From NCBI RefSeq assembly GCF_017348835.2, contig NZ_CP071375.1: a stretch of 64,000 nucleotides of DNA; one strand, written 5' to 3'. The notes below the pieces were generated by a model. The model made no database searches. It saw only the letters and a list, made by a program, of their open reading frames with translations, and had not been told where the DNA came from. Each line of letters begins with the position of its first letter. Positions within the stretch are counted from its first letter, which is position 1. The translations under genes and the position numbers were made by a program. Of the stretch, positions 45,577-60,196 are shown one piece after another. The DNA is from Escherichia coli. Its GTDB lineage: Bacteria > Pseudomonadota > Gammaproteobacteria > Enterobacterales > Enterobacteriaceae.

Positions 45577-45963
45577 TTATTTTGCTTCACGTTTGCTTTT
45601 ATAGTCCGCAATGGCGGCTTTGATCGCGTCTTCTGCCAGAATAGAACAGTGAATTTTCACCGGCGGCAGTTCAAGTTCTTCAGCAATATCGGTGTTTTTG
45701 ATCGCCTGCGCTTCGTCGAGAGACTTCCCTTTCACCCATTCGGTGACCAGGGAGCTGGAAGCGATAGCGGAACCGCAGCCGTAAGTTTTAAAACGCGCGT
45801 CTTCAATGATACCTTCATCGTTGACTTTAATCTGCAACTTCATTACGTCGCCACAGGCCGGTGCACCCACCATGCCGCTGCCGACGTTCTCGTCGTTGTT
45901 GTCAAAGGAACCCACGTTACGCGGATTCTCGTAATGGTCGATAACTTTTTCGCTGTAAGCCAT
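45577..45963 (-). CDS. iscU: Fe-S cluster scaffold IscU
   Basis: 128-aa ORF MAYSEKVIDHYENPRNVGSF... with LPPVK motif. Confidence 0.95.
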   Translation of the reverse strand: MAYSEKVIDHYENPRNVGSFDNNDENVGSGMVGAPACGDVMKLQIKVNDEGIIEDARFKTYGCGSAIASSSLVTEWVKGKSLDEAQAIKNTDIAEELELPPVKIHCSILAEDAIKAAIADYKSKREAK

Positions 45964-45990
45964 TATAAATTCTCCTGATTCCGATACCGA

Positions 45991-47205
45991 TTAATGATGA
46001 GCCCATTCGATGCTGTTCAGATCCACGCCCTGCTTGTACATTTCCCACAGCGGAGAAAGGTCACGCAGACGACCGATGGATTTACGAACTAACTCGATGG
46101 TGTAGTCGATCTCTTCTTCAGTAGTAAAACGACCTAAAGAGAAACGGATAGAGCTATGTGCCAGCTCGTCGTTCAGCCCCAGCGCGCGCAGCACGTAGGA
46201 CGGTTCGAGGCTTGCCGACGTACAGGCGGAGCCGGAAGAAACCGCGAGGTCTTTCAGCGCCATAATCAGCGACTCACCTTCAACGTAGTTGAAGCTGACG
46301 TTGAGAATGTTCGGCGCACCGTGTTCCAGGTCACCGTTCAGGTAAACTTCTTCGATATCTTTGATGCCGTTCCACAGACGGTTACGCAGGCCGCGCAGAC
46401 GTTCCATCTCGGTCGCCATCTCTTCTTTTGCGATGCGATAGGCTTCGCCCATTCCGACGATCTGGTGAACAGGCAGAGTGCCGGAACGCATACCGCGCTC
46501 ATGACCACCGCCGTGCATTTGCGCTTCGATGCGTACGCGCGGTTTACGACGCACATACAGCGCACCGATACCTTTCGGGCCATAGATTTTGTGACCGGAG
46601 AAAGACATCAGGTCAACTTTCAACTGGCTCAGGTCGATAGGCAGTTTGCCCACGCTCTGGGTTGCATCAACGTGATAGATAATGCCACGAGCACGGCACA
46701 TTTCGCCGATAGCCGCGATATCCTGCACCACGCCGATTTCGTTATTCACGTGCATGATAGAAACGAGGATGGTGTCGTCACGCATCGCCGCTTCGAGTTC
46801 TTTCAGGTCGATAATACCGTTACGCTGCGGTGCCAGGTAGGTGACTTCGAAACCTTCGCGCTCCAGCTGACGGCAGGTATCCAGTACCGCTTTGTGTTCG
46901 GTTTTACTGGTGATGATGTGCTTGCCTTTTTTCTGATAAAAGTTGGCTGCACCTTTGATCGCCAGGTTGTCAGATTCGGTTGCACCAGAGGTAAAGACGA
47001 TTTCACGCGGATCAGCGCCGACCAGATCGGCAATCTGATTACGGGCGATATCTACCGCTTCTTCAGCCTGCCAGCCGAAACGGTGAGAACGGGAGGCCGG
47101 GTTACCAAAGGTTCCGTCCATCGTCATAAACTGCATCATTTTCTCGGCAACACGCGGGTCCACCGGCGTGGTTGCGGAGTAGTCGAGATAAATCGGTAAT
47201 TTCAT
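45991..47205 (-). CDS. iscS: Cysteine desulfurase IscS
   Basis: ORF track 45991..47229; start trimmed to [14 protein letters not shown] (404 aa); PLP-lysine motif [12 protein letters not shown]. Confidence 0.95.
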
Positions 47206-47320
47206 TGCTCTATAAACTCCGTACATCACTCAATGCAAGGAACCAGGCTACCGGCTGGATGTACGACCGTGTTTACGGAGCGCGATACGCTCCGGCCTGA
47301 TTCTGAATACTTTTTATCTT

Positions 47321-47809
47321 TTATGCGCGCAACTTAACGTCGATCGCGTCTTGTGTGCGGGTGCGTGGCGCGTCGTGAGTATGCTGACGTCCAGACACAT
47401 CCAGCACTTCCTGATTATTAACCAGTTCGCCTAAAGTAATGTTGTTGAGAAAACCGGTGAGACGGTCGCTCAAATCACGCCACAGCGCGTGGGTCAGGCA
47501 TTTATCGCCGCCCTGGCAGCCGCCTTTACCCTGACAACGGGTGGCATCTACAGATTCGTCAACGGCGCTAATCACTTCGCCAACGGCGATGCTGCTGGCA
47601 TCTTTGCCTAACAGATAACCACCGCCTGGTCCACGTACGCTGGAAACCAGACCATTTTTACGCAGACGGGAAAACAGTTGTTCCAGATAAGAAAGGGAAA
47701 TTCCCTGACGTTCGGAAATATCAGCCAACGGTACCGGGCCCGCTTCAGAGTTGAGCGCAACGTCAAGCATTGCGGTCACGGCATAGCGCCCTTTAGATGT
47801 CAGTCTCAT
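47321..47809 (-). CDS. iscR: Rrf2-family Fe-S regulator IscR
   Basis: 162-aa [22 protein letters not shown]... Confidence 0.95.
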
Positions 47810-47887
47810 GTCTTACTTCACCTCAAACTCGCCCCTGCCCGGGGTTTTTTATTGTAAAAGTGGGGGTATTGCATAGCAGGGTCAAGT

Positions 47888-47946
47888 CTGACATTCCCGA
47901 GTAAATTGGTCAACTATTTACTTGACTGATTTAGTCGGGTATTTAA
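47888..47946 (-). promoter_or_regulatory. iscR promoter with IscR operator sites
   Basis: Minus-strand sequence atacccgactaaatcagtcaagtaaatagttgaccaatttactcgggaatg matches the IscR type-1 operators I recall for this promoter. Confidence 0.55.
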
Positions 47947-47984
47947 CCTTCAGTGCCATTTTTTTATCGTGGCGTTTGTACCTG

Positions 47985-48072
47985 TTGTCGGATGCGGTGT
48001 GAACACCTTATCCGACCTGGGATTCCGTGCACTTACAGGCCTGATAAGACGCGTTAAGCGTCGCATCAGGCA
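47985..48072. repeat. REP elements
   Basis: gtcggatgcggtgtgaacaccttatccgacc ... aggcctgataagacgcgttaagcgtcgcatcaggc. Confidence 0.5.
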
Positions 48073-48079
48073 ACCACTG

Positions 48080-48820
48080 TTATTCTGCCTTGTTACCTTT
48101 ATTCTGCTGCTCAATAGAAGCCAGAATCCCGCGCAGGATATTCAATTCCTGGCTTTCCGGGCGCGCACGGGTAAACAGACGGCGCAATTTATTCATCACC
48201 TGCCCCGGATGGTTTTCACGGATAAAACCGGTTGCCAGCAGCGTTTGTTCCAGATGACCATAAAAACGCTCCAGATCATCGACCAGCGGATACGGCGTCT
48301 CTTCATGCTCGACCTGCTCGCCATTTTCCTGAGTTGCCAGCCAGGCCATACGCACTTCATAGGCAATAACCTGAACCGCCATCGCCAGGTTCAGCGAGCT
48401 GTATTCAGGGTTTGCCGCAATCGCGACATGATAATGACACTTCTGCAACTCTTCATTGGTCAGGCCGACACGTTCGCGACCAAACACCAGCGCCACCGGG
48501 GTATTTGCCGCTTCAGCGACGCTTTTCAGACCGCATTCGCGCGGGTCGAGCATCGGCCACGGCAGCGTGCGGGAACGTGCGCTGGTGCCCACCACCAGGC
48601 TACAACCGGCTAACGCTTCGTCGAGCGTATCGACGATGTGAGCATTACCAATCACATCGCTGGCCCCCGCCGCCAGGGCAATCGCCTGGGAGTCAGGTTT
48701 CACCAGTGGATTAACCAGCCACAGATTGGTTAATCCCATTGTTTTCATGGCACGGGCAACAGAACCCATATTGCCGGTGTGTGACGTCTCCACCAGCACA
48801 ATTCGAATATTTTGCAGCAT
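48080..48820 (-). CDS. trmJ: tRNA (cytidine/uridine-2'-O-)-methyltransferase TrmJ
   Basis: 246-aa [33 protein letters not shown] (SpoU family). Confidence 0.93.
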
Positions 48821-48938
48821 TGTCTTTCTTCGTCTAAAGATTATTCGCGCATCTTATCATAAAACGAAGACAGATGCCGATCTCGCTGCTATACTCTGCG
48901 CCGTTTTCCCGTTCTTTAACATCCAGTGAGAGAGACCG

Positions 48939-49742
48939 ATGCATCCGATGCTGAACATCGCCGTGCGCGCAGCGCGCAAGGCGGGTAATTTAATTGCCAA
49001 AAACTATGAAACCCCGGACGCTGTAGAAGCGAGCCAGAAAGGCAGTAACGATTTCGTGACCAACGTAGATAAAGCTGCCGAAGCGGTGATTATCGACACG
49101 ATTCGTAAATCTTACCCACAGCACACCATCATCACCGAAGAAAGCGGTGAACTTGAAGGTACTGATCAGGATGTTCAATGGGTTATCGATCCACTGGATG
49201 GCACTACCAACTTTATCAAACGTCTGCCGCACTTCGCGGTATCTATCGCCGTTCGTATCAAAGGCCGCACCGAAGTTGCTGTCGTATACGATCCTATGCG
49301 TAACGAACTGTTTACCGCCACTCGCGGTCAGGGCGCACAGCTGAACGGCTACCGTCTGCGCGGCAGCACCGCTCGCGATCTCGACGGTACTATTCTGGCG
49401 ACCGGCTTCCCGTTCAAAGCAAAACAGTACGCCACTACCTACATCAACATCGTCGGCAAACTGTTCAACGAATGTGCAGACTTCCGTCGTACCGGTTCTG
49501 CGGCGCTGGATCTGGCTTACGTCGCTGCGGGTCGTGTTGACGGTTTCTTTGAAATCGGTCTGCGCCCGTGGGACTTCGCTGCAGGCGAGCTGCTGGTTCG
49601 TGAAGCGGGCGGCATCGTCAGCGACTTCACCGGTGGTCATAACTACATGCTGACCGGTAACATCGTTGCTGGTAACCCGCGCGTTGTTAAAGCCATGCTG
49701 GCGAACATGCGTGACGAGTTAAGCGACGCTCTGAAGCGTTAA
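48939..49742 (+). CDS. suhB: Inositol monophosphatase SuhB
   Basis: 267-aa ORF MHPMLNIAVRAARKAGNLIAKNYE...; motif WVIDPLDGTTNF. Confidence 0.95.
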   Translation: MHPMLNIAVRAARKAGNLIAKNYETPDAVEASQKGSNDFVTNVDKAAEAVIIDTIRKSYPQHTIITEESGELEGTDQDVQWVIDPLDGTTNFIKRLPHFAVSIAVRIKGRTEVAVVYDPMRNELFTATRGQGAQLNGYRLRGSTARDLDGTILATGFPFKAKQYATTYINIVGKLFNECADFRRTGSAALDLAYVAAGRVDGFFEIGLRPWDFAAGELLVREAGGIVSDFTGGHNYMLTGNIVAGNPRVVKAMLANMRDELSDALKR

Positions 49743-49886
49743 TGACTCAGGCGGGTGATATCACTCACCCGCCCCCGCCTTTCAGGCGCTATTCCGAAAT
49801 ACTTCCTCACCGCTTTACTTTCTTTCGTCACTCTCCCACCATCTTTCCCCGATTAATGGATGATAAAGAAGTCGCAAGGAAAGGTT

Positions 49887-50741
49887 ATGGCGCTGCCAGT
49901 GAACAAACGCGTTCTCAAAATTCTGTTTATTCTCTTTGTTGTTGCCTTCTGCGTTTATTTAGTGCCGCGCGTTGCCATCAACTTCTTCTATTATCCTGAC
50001 GATAAAATTTACGGTCCCGACCCCTGGTCGGCGGAATCCGTCGAATTTACGGCTAAGGACGGTACTCGTCTGCAAGGCTGGTTTATTCCTTCTTCGACGG
50101 GCCCTGCTGACAACGCCATCGCAACCATCATTCATGCTCACGGCAATGCCGGAAATATGTCCGCCCACTGGCCGCTGGTCAGTTGGTTACCCGAGCGTAA
50201 TTTCAACGTTTTTATGTTTGATTATCGCGGGTTTGGTAAATCAAAAGGCACGCCGTCCCAGGCCGGATTGCTGGACGATACGCAAAGCGCCATCAATGTG
50301 GTGCGCCATCGCAGTGATGTAAACCCACAACGGCTGGTGCTGTTCGGGCAGAGTATTGGCGGGGCGAATATTCTTGCTGTTATTGGTCAGGGTGATCGTG
50401 AAGGCATACGTGCGGTGATCCTCGACTCCACATTTGCCTCTTATGCAACCATCGCCAACCAGATGATCCCCGGCAGTGGCTACTTACTTGATGAGAGTTA
50501 CAGCGGCGAAAATTACATCGCCAGCGTCAGCCCGATCCCGCTTTTACTCATTCACGGTAAAGCTGATCACGTTATCCCATGGCAGCACAGCGAAAAGTTG
50601 TATAGCCTGGCAAAAGAGCCAAAACGGTTGATCCTAATCCCGGATGGCGAACACATTGATGCTTTTTCCGATCGTCACGGCGATGTTTATCGCGAACAGA
50701 TGGTGGACTTTATCCTTAGCGCGTTGAATCCGCAGAACTAA
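49887..50741 (+). CDS. yfhR: Alpha/beta-hydrolase (peptidase S9 family) YfhR
   Basis: ORF track 49860..50741; MALPVNKRVLKILF (284 aa) chosen as start, the upstream ATG at 49860 is possible; nucleophile motif GQSIGG. Confidence 0.8.
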   Translation: MALPVNKRVLKILFILFVVAFCVYLVPRVAINFFYYPDDKIYGPDPWSAESVEFTAKDGTRLQGWFIPSSTGPADNAIATIIHAHGNAGNMSAHWPLVSWLPERNFNVFMFDYRGFGKSKGTPSQAGLLDDTQSAINVVRHRSDVNPQRLVLFGQSIGGANILAVIGQGDREGIRAVILDSTFASYATIANQMIPGSGYLLDESYSGENYIASVSPIPLLLIHGKADHVIPWQHSEKLYSLAKEPKRLILIPDGEHIDAFSDRHGDVYREQMVDFILSALNPQN

Positions 50742-50931
50742 CCCATGATCGCTAGCACGATAATCATTCACAAAACCACCTTAAGACATGCTAATCCACT
50801 GGTCAGAACAGTTTAAGATGAGAAAAATTCTGTGACGCTTGCCAACATTTCTGATGATTAGCATTCCCTTCGCCATTTCCCTGAGCAAACTTTAGCTATT
50901 CTTATCAATTATGCTTATGGGAGATCTACAG

Positions 50932-52212
50932 ATGATGCCTACGCTTGCTCCACCATCTGTCCTTTCGGCTCCCCAGCGCCGCTGCCAGATCTTGCTGACG
51001 CTCTTTCAGCCGGGGTTGACCGCCACCATGGCAACCTTCAGCGAGCTTAATGGTGTGGATGATGATATTGCCAGTCTTGATATCAGCGAAACAGGACGGG
51101 AGATCCTGCGCTATCATCAACTCACACTGACGACTGGTTATGACGGTAGCTACCGGGTTGAAGGTACAGTGCTTAACCAACGTTTGTGTTTATTTCACTG
51201 GCTACGACGTGGTTTCCGTCTGTGTCCGTCATTTATTACCAGCCAATTCACCCCCGCCCTGAAGAGTGAACTGAAGCGGCGCGGAATTGCGCGTAACTTT
51301 TACGACGATACCAATCTACAAGCGTTAGTGAATCTCTGCTCCCGACGGCTGCAAAAACGCTTTGAATCGCGCGATATTCATTTCCTGTGTCTGTATCTGC
51401 AATATTGTTTGCTGCAGCACCACGCTGGAATTACGCCTCAGTTTAATCCGCTCCAACGTCGCTGGGCGGAATCCTGCCTTGAATTTCAGGTAGCGCAGGA
51501 AATTGGACGCCACTGGCAGCGTCGGGCGCTCCAGCCTGTACCACCTGATGAGCCACTGTTTATGGCACTACTTTTTTCCATGTTGCGGGTTCCCGATCCA
51601 TTGCGGGATGCGCATCAGCGGGACAGACAATTGCGTCAGTCTATCAAACGTCTGGTAAACCATTTTCGTGAGCTGGGAAATGTTCGTTTTTATGATGAAC
51701 AGGGGTTATGCGATCAGCTTTATACCCACCTCGCCCAGGCGTTAAATCGCAGTTTGTTTGCCATCGGTATTGATAATACCCTGCCGGAAGAGTTCGCCAG
51801 ACTGTACCCACGCCTGGTGCGCACCACCCGCGCGGCGCTGGCCGGATTTGAAAGTGAATACGGCGTCCATCTTTCTGATGAGGAAAGTGGTCTGGTCGCG
51901 GTGATTTTCGGTGCCTGGCTAATGCAGGAAAACGATCTGCATGAAAAACAGATTATTCTACTGACCGGGAATGATAGCGAGCGAGAAGCGCAGATTGAGC
52001 AGCAGTTACGTGAACTAACGTTACTACCGCTCAACATTAAACATATGTCGGTAAAGGCATTTTTGCAGACAGGCGCTCCGCGCGGCGCGGCACTGATTAT
52101 TGCGCCTTACACCATGCCGTTACCGCTCTTTTCACCACCGCTGATCTATACGGACCTGACGCTGACAACACATCAACAGGAGCAGATCCGCAAAATGCTC
52201 GAATCAGCATGA
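50932..52212 (+). CDS. csiE: Stationary-phase-inducible protein CsiE
   Basis: ORF track 50911..52212; start trimmed to MMPTLAPPSVL (426 aa) with GGAGA Shine-Dalgarno. Confidence 0.85.
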   Translation: MMPTLAPPSVLSAPQRRCQILLTLFQPGLTATMATFSELNGVDDDIASLDISETGREILRYHQLTLTTGYDGSYRVEGTVLNQRLCLFHWLRRGFRLCPSFITSQFTPALKSELKRRGIARNFYDDTNLQALVNLCSRRLQKRFESRDIHFLCLYLQYCLLQHHAGITPQFNPLQRRWAESCLEFQVAQEIGRHWQRRALQPVPPDEPLFMALLFSMLRVPDPLRDAHQRDRQLRQSIKRLVNHFRELGNVRFYDEQGLCDQLYTHLAQALNRSLFAIGIDNTLPEEFARLYPRLVRTTRAALAGFESEYGVHLSDEESGLVAVIFGAWLMQENDLHEKQIILLTGNDSEREAQIEQQLRELTLLPLNIKHMSVKAFLQTGAPRGAALIIAPYTMPLPLFSPPLIYTDLTLTTHQQEQIRKMLESA

Positions 52213-53343
52213 GGGAACAACTTTCGGGCGCAAAAACATTGCCGGAAGCGCCACCAGCGCCATCACCCAGAACACGCCGTGGCCCAGATATTGATACAGG
52301 AAACCGGCGAAAACGGTCATGATAGCGATACTGCCGCCCATCGCGACGGCAGAGTAAACCGCCTGTAAACGGATGACTTCGCTACCCTGGCGAGCAGCAA
52401 TATAACGCATGGCGGCCAGGTGGCAGACCGTGAAGGTGCCGCAATGCAGAATTTGCACCACTATCAACCACGGCAACGCCGTAGTTGCTCCCATAATGCC
52501 CCAGCGCACTACGCCGCAAATCGCTGAGATCAACAGCATATCGCGTGCACTACAACGGCGGAAAAGTTTATTACTCAGTGCAAAGATAATGACTTCCGCC
52601 ACCACGCCCAGCGACCACAAATACCCCACCGCCGAGGCCGAGTAGCCAGCTGCCTGCCAGTAAATGGCGCTAAAACCGTAATAGGCCGCATGCGCCCCCT
52701 GCAATAAACAAACGCAGGCCAGAAAGCGCCAGTTCTGCCGAACCAGCGCCAACCACGCTGACCAACCGGTGCTCTCCTGTTGGCGGCTTGCCCCTTGTGG
52801 CTGAATCGTCGGACGGATGAGAAAGCCGAGCAGCATGGATGCCACGCCCAACGTCAACAGCACGAGGATCACCCGATAATCAAACATAGTGACCAGTTTG
52901 CCCGTCAGCGCCGAGCCAATGACAAACGCCACCGAGCCCCACAGTCGCACTTTGCCGTAATCAAGCGGGAACTGCTTTTGCCACGTATTCGCCAGTGCAT
53001 CGGTCAACGGTACCAGCGGTGAGAAAAAGAGATTAAAGCCAATCATCACCAGCATCAACCACGCTACGTGCGCCCCCGCCCAGAAGGCGACAGCAAAGAG
53101 AAGTGTCAGCAGTGCCAGCACGCGCAAGGCGGAAATCAGGCGAGAAGGATCGCTGACTCGGGGCGCGATGAGCAAACTCCCGAGAAAACGGGCAACCAGA
53201 CCTGCCCCCAATAACAGGCCGATGGTTTCTGGCGTTAAACCAATCCCTTTAAGCCAGACGCTCCAGAAAGGTAGAAAAATGCCGTAACTAAAAAAGTATG
53301 TGAAATAGCCGAGCGCCAACCAGCGCGTGGATTGCAAAACCAT
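52204..53343 (-). CDS. hcaT: MFS transporter HcaT (3-phenylpropionate transport, putative)
   Basis: 379-aa polytopic membrane ORF. Confidence 0.88.
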   Translation of the reverse strand: MVLQSTRWLALGYFTYFFSYGIFLPFWSVWLKGIGLTPETIGLLLGAGLVARFLGSLLIAPRVSDPSRLISALRVLALLTLLFAVAFWAGAHVAWLMLVMIGFNLFFSPLVPLTDALANTWQKQFPLDYGKVRLWGSVAFVIGSALTGKLVTMFDYRVILVLLTLGVASMLLGFLIRPTIQPQGASRQQESTGWSAWLALVRQNWRFLACVCLLQGAHAAYYGFSAIYWQAAGYSASAVGYLWSLGVVAEVIIFALSNKLFRRCSARDMLLISAICGVVRWGIMGATTALPWLIVVQILHCGTFTVCHLAAMRYIAARQGSEVIRLQAVYSAVAMGGSIAIMTVFAGFLYQYLGHGVFWVMALVALPAMFLRPKVVPSC

Positions 53344-53502
53344 GAGTCCCTCCCGTCAGGAGGCGTTAGTCTGGAGTTAATCGAATGTTGGTGCAAGTTG
53401 AAAAATAAGAATATTCGAGCCTGCTTCCCGATGTCTGTAACGCCAGTTCACAAGCACTCAAAAACTGCGATCCGTGACGCATGTTGCAAAGATAATGCGT
53501 AA

Positions 53503-54393
53503 TTATGCCGTTACGCTTGCCAAACGTTCCTGCACAATGGCGATGAAATCGCGTAATGCCGGCTTCATCTCCCCTTTCTTCCACGCCATCAGTAAAGCAA
53601 TGGAAGGCACATTTCCGGCAATGGGACGAAAAACAACCTGCCCGGTATTAAAATTATTCATATAACCGGGTATCAAAGTGACGCCCAGCCCCATGCTCAC
53701 CAGATTCATGGTCACCAGAATATTCGTTGCCACCTGGACGATATTTGGCTGGCTGTTTTCTTGTGCAAACCACGCTTTAACGATCGGCGCAAGCGAACCG
53801 GAATACGCCGGATCGGTACTGACGAAATTCACGCCATCCAGTTGCGCGGCGGTGATCTCTTTTTCATGTGCTAAAGGGTGATCAACCGGTAACACCACCA
53901 CTAATGGTTCGTCAAAAAGCTCCAGATAATCAATCTCCGGGCTATAAACAGGATGGCGCATTAAGCCGACGTCGAGTTCACCACGGCGAATTTTTTCCTC
54001 CTGTTGCGTGGTGATTAAACTCACCAGCTCAATCAAGGTGTCTGGCTGTCTGAGACGAAACATCGGTAATACTTTTGGCAGTAAATTCACTTCCGCCGAT
54101 GGCACAAAGCCAATGGTTAATTGTCTGTCTTCCTGAACAATTTTCCGCGCCCGTAATTTGGCATTTTCCGCTTGTTCGAGGATTGCCAGCGCGTCCTGGA
54201 GAAAACATTCTCCCGCCGCCGTCAACGCGACTTTGCGCTTATCCCTCACCAGTAACGGAACACCGACACAGTTTTCAAGATCGCGGATCTGGCTGCTTAA
54301 CGAAGGCTGTGAGGTATGCAGTTTTTCCGCCGCACGGGTAAAGTTCAGTGCCTGCGCCACTGCGACGAAATAGCGTAAATGCCGTAGTTCCAT
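53503..54393 (-). CDS. hcaR: LysR-type transcriptional activator of the hca operon
   Basis: ORF track 53503..54486; start trimmed to MELRHLRYFVAVAQ (296 aa). Confidence 0.9.
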   Translation of the reverse strand: MELRHLRYFVAVAQALNFTRAAEKLHTSQPSLSSQIRDLENCVGVPLLVRDKRKVALTAAGECFLQDALAILEQAENAKLRARKIVQEDRQLTIGFVPSAEVNLLPKVLPMFRLRQPDTLIELVSLITTQQEEKIRRGELDVGLMRHPVYSPEIDYLELFDEPLVVVLPVDHPLAHEKEITAAQLDGVNFVSTDPAYSGSLAPIVKAWFAQENSQPNIVQVATNILVTMNLVSMGLGVTLIPGYMNNFNTGQVVFRPIAGNVPSIALLMAWKKGEMKPALRDFIAIVQERLASVTA

Positions 54394-56404
<2,011 letters not shown>

Positions 56405-56405
<1 letters not shown>

Positions 56406-56725
56406 TGAATCGAATTTATGCGTGTCCCGTTGCGGATGTGCCGGAGGGTGAGGCTCTCCGGATCGATGCCTCGCCCGTTATCGCCCTGTTCAACGTCGGC
56501 GGCGAGTTTTATGCCATTAATGATCGTTGCAGTCATGGTAATGCGTCGATGTCAGAAGGGTATCTGGAAGATGACGCCACGGTGGAATGCCCACTGCACG
56601 CCGCCAGTTTTTGCCTGAAAACGGGCAAAGCGTTATGCCTGCCCGCCACCGATCCGCTAACCACTTATCCAGTACACGTTGAAGGTGGTGACATCTTCAT
56701 CGACTTACCGGAGGCGCAGCCATGA
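56405..56725 (+). CDS. hcaC: Rieske ferredoxin component
   Basis: 106-aa ORF with CSHG...CPLH. Confidence 0.93.
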
Positions 56726-57534
56726 GCGATTTATATAACGAATCCATTTTTATTACCGGCGGCGGATCGGGATTAGGGCTGGCGCTGGTCGAGCGATTTA
56801 TCGAAGAAGGCGCGCAGGTTGCCACGCTGGAACTGTCGGCGGCAAAAGTCGCCAGTCTGCGTCAGCGATTTGGCGAACATATTCTGGCGGTGGAAGGTAA
56901 CGTGACCTGTTATGCCGATTATCAACGCGCGGTCGATCAGATCCTGACTCGTTCCGGCAAGCTGGATTGTTTTATCGGCAATGCGGGCATCTGGGATCAC
57001 AATGCCTCACTGGTTAATACTCCCGCAGAGACGCTGGAAACCGGCTTCCACGAGCTGTTTAACGTCAACGTACTCGGTTACCTGCTGGGCGCAAAAGCCT
57101 GCGCTCCGGCGTTAATCGCCAGTGAAGGCAGCATGATTTTCACACTGTCAAATGCCGCCTGGTATCCTGGCGGCGGTGGCCCGCTGTACACCGCCAGTAA
57201 ACATGCCGCAACCGGACTTATTCGCCAACTGGCTTATGAACTGGCACCGAAAGTGCGGGTGAATGGCGTCGGCCCGTGTGGTATGGCCAGCGACCTGCGC
57301 GGCCCACAGGCGCTCGGGCAAAGTGAAACCTCGATAATGCAGTCTCTGACGCCGGAGAAAATTGCCGCCATTTTACCGCTGCAATTTTTCCCCCAACCGG
57401 CGGATTTTACGGGTCCGTATGTGATGTTGGCATCGCGGCGCAATAATCGCGCATTAAGCGGTGTGATGATCAACGCTGATGCGGGTTTAGCGATTCGCGG
57501 CATTCGCCACGTAGCGGCTGGGCTGGATCTTTAA
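56722..57534 (+). CDS. hcaB: cis-dihydrodiol dehydrogenase (SDR family)
   Basis: 270-aa ORF with TGGGSGLG nucleotide-binding motif. Confidence 0.93.
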   Translation: MSDLYNESIFITGGGSGLGLALVERFIEEGAQVATLELSAAKVASLRQRFGEHILAVEGNVTCYADYQRAVDQILTRSGKLDCFIGNAGIWDHNASLVNTPAETLETGFHELFNVNVLGYLLGAKACAPALIASEGSMIFTLSNAAWYPGGGGPLYTASKHAATGLIRQLAYELAPKVRVNGVGPCGMASDLRGPQALGQSETSIMQSLTPEKIAAILPLQFFPQPADFTGPYVMLASRRNNRALSGVMINADAGLAIRGIRHVAAGLDL

Positions 57535-58746
<1,212 letters not shown>

Positions 58747-58842
58747 CCAGGATAATTAGCGAATATCTCAACGCCTGGGGCGTGGCGAGGTACCAAAGTG
58801 TGTATTACGTTTAAATCACATTATCTTGCAAAGGGATTGGTT

Positions 58843-59265
58843 ATGAACACACTACGTTATTTTGATTTTGGTGCTGCCCACCCCGTTTTGTTATTAATTG
58901 CCCGTATCGCCGTGGTCTTAATTTTCATTATTTTTGGTTTTCCCAAAATGATGGGCTTTGACGGTACGGTCCAATATATGGCCTCGCTGGGCGCGCCGAT
59001 GCCGATGCTGGCAGCGATTATTGCGGTAGTTATGGAAGTGCCCGCCGCGATATTAATCGTGCTTGGCTTTTTCACCCGTCCGCTGGCGGTGCTGTTTATT
59101 TTCTACACGCTGGGTACGGCGGTGATTGGTCACCATTACTGGGATATGACCGGCGATGCGGTTGGGCCAAATATGATTAATTTCTGGAAGAATGTCAGTA
59201 TCGCTGGCGCGTTCTTGCTATTGGCAATTACCGGGCCGGGGGCAATTTCTCTCGATCGGCGTTAG
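58843..59265 (+). CDS. yphA: DoxX-family inner-membrane protein YphA
   Basis: ORF track 58798..59265; start trimmed to [10 protein letters not shown] (140 aa). Confidence 0.8.
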   Translation: MNTLRYFDFGAAHPVLLLIARIAVVLIFIIFGFPKMMGFDGTVQYMASLGAPMPMLAAIIAVVMEVPAAILIVLGFFTRPLAVLFIFYTLGTAVIGHHYWDMTGDAVGPNMINFWKNVSIAGAFLLLAITGPGAISLDRR

Positions 59266-59269
59266 GAAA

Positions 59270-59305
59270 GATGCCGGATGCGGCGTGAACGCCTTATCCG
59301 GCATT
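59270..59305. repeat. REP element
   Basis: gatgccggatgcggcgtgaacgccttatccggca. Confidence 0.5.
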
Positions 59306-59312
59306 TTATAAA

Positions 59313-60185
59313 TTACAGCCACTCTACCCGCAACGACATCTCTGAGGTTGTTGATTCCCCCGGCGCAAGCGCAATGAGGTCACCCCCTTCCGGGCGATGA
59401 TGGTCATCCGGCGCATGGCTCATCGGCTCCAGACAGAAGAAATCAAACGCATATCCTTTATCAAACGCCGGGTCGGAAACAAAGATGAAATAACACGGTG
59501 CAGGTGGCGTCGTTTCTATGATGATGGCATAACCCTCCTGCGGCTGCTCGATGCGGGCCTGACCATTCCATCCGGCAAAACCATTGTTCACCCACTGGCG
59601 CGGCAACGGCGCGAGCTGGTTAAAATCCAGTTCCTGCGGTAGCGGCTCGCAAAACTCACCCGCCAGCCACTGCTCCCGCTCCAGCCAGTAACCGCTCGCC
59701 TGTGCCTGAATCCGTGTTTGTGGTGACAACGGAAAATAAGGATGCCAGCCGGTACCAAATGGCAGCGTCTCTGCCCCTTGATTGGTGACAGAGAGCGTCA
59801 CCGTCAGCGTATCCGCCGTTAAATGAAACGTCTGGCTTACCCGATAGTGATAAACACCGCTGCGATGTTCATACACCAGACACAAGCTATCATCATTGCG
59901 CGAGACACATTGCCACTGCCCCAGCCAGCCGTCGCCGTGCAGATAATGCGCATCCCATTCAACATTCGGTTGCAGTTGATACTCACGCCCCTGCCAGACA
60001 AAATGATTGCCGCTCACCCGGTTTGCAAACGGCACCAGCGGAAAACAGGAGGCATCGGTTGCCACACCGATTTTTTTACCAGGACGTAAGAGCGGCGTCG
60101 TATCACGCCAGAAACCTTCGATGACACCGCCCTGGTCAGAGACTTCCAGCTTTAGCGGCCCGTGAGATAAGGTATAGATGGTCAT
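59313..60185 (-). CDS. yphB: Aldose 1-epimerase-family protein YphB
   Basis: 290-aa ORF. Confidence 0.85.
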   Translation of the reverse strand: MTIYTLSHGPLKLEVSDQGGVIEGFWRDTTPLLRPGKKIGVATDASCFPLVPFANRVSGNHFVWQGREYQLQPNVEWDAHYLHGDGWLGQWQCVSRNDDSLCLVYEHRSGVYHYRVSQTFHLTADTLTVTLSVTNQGAETLPFGTGWHPYFPLSPQTRIQAQASGYWLEREQWLAGEFCEPLPQELDFNQLAPLPRQWVNNGFAGWNGQARIEQPQEGYAIIIETTPPAPCYFIFVSDPAFDKGYAFDFFCLEPMSHAPDDHHRPEGGDLIALAPGESTTSEMSLRVEWL

Positions 60186-60196
60186 CCGCTAACTCC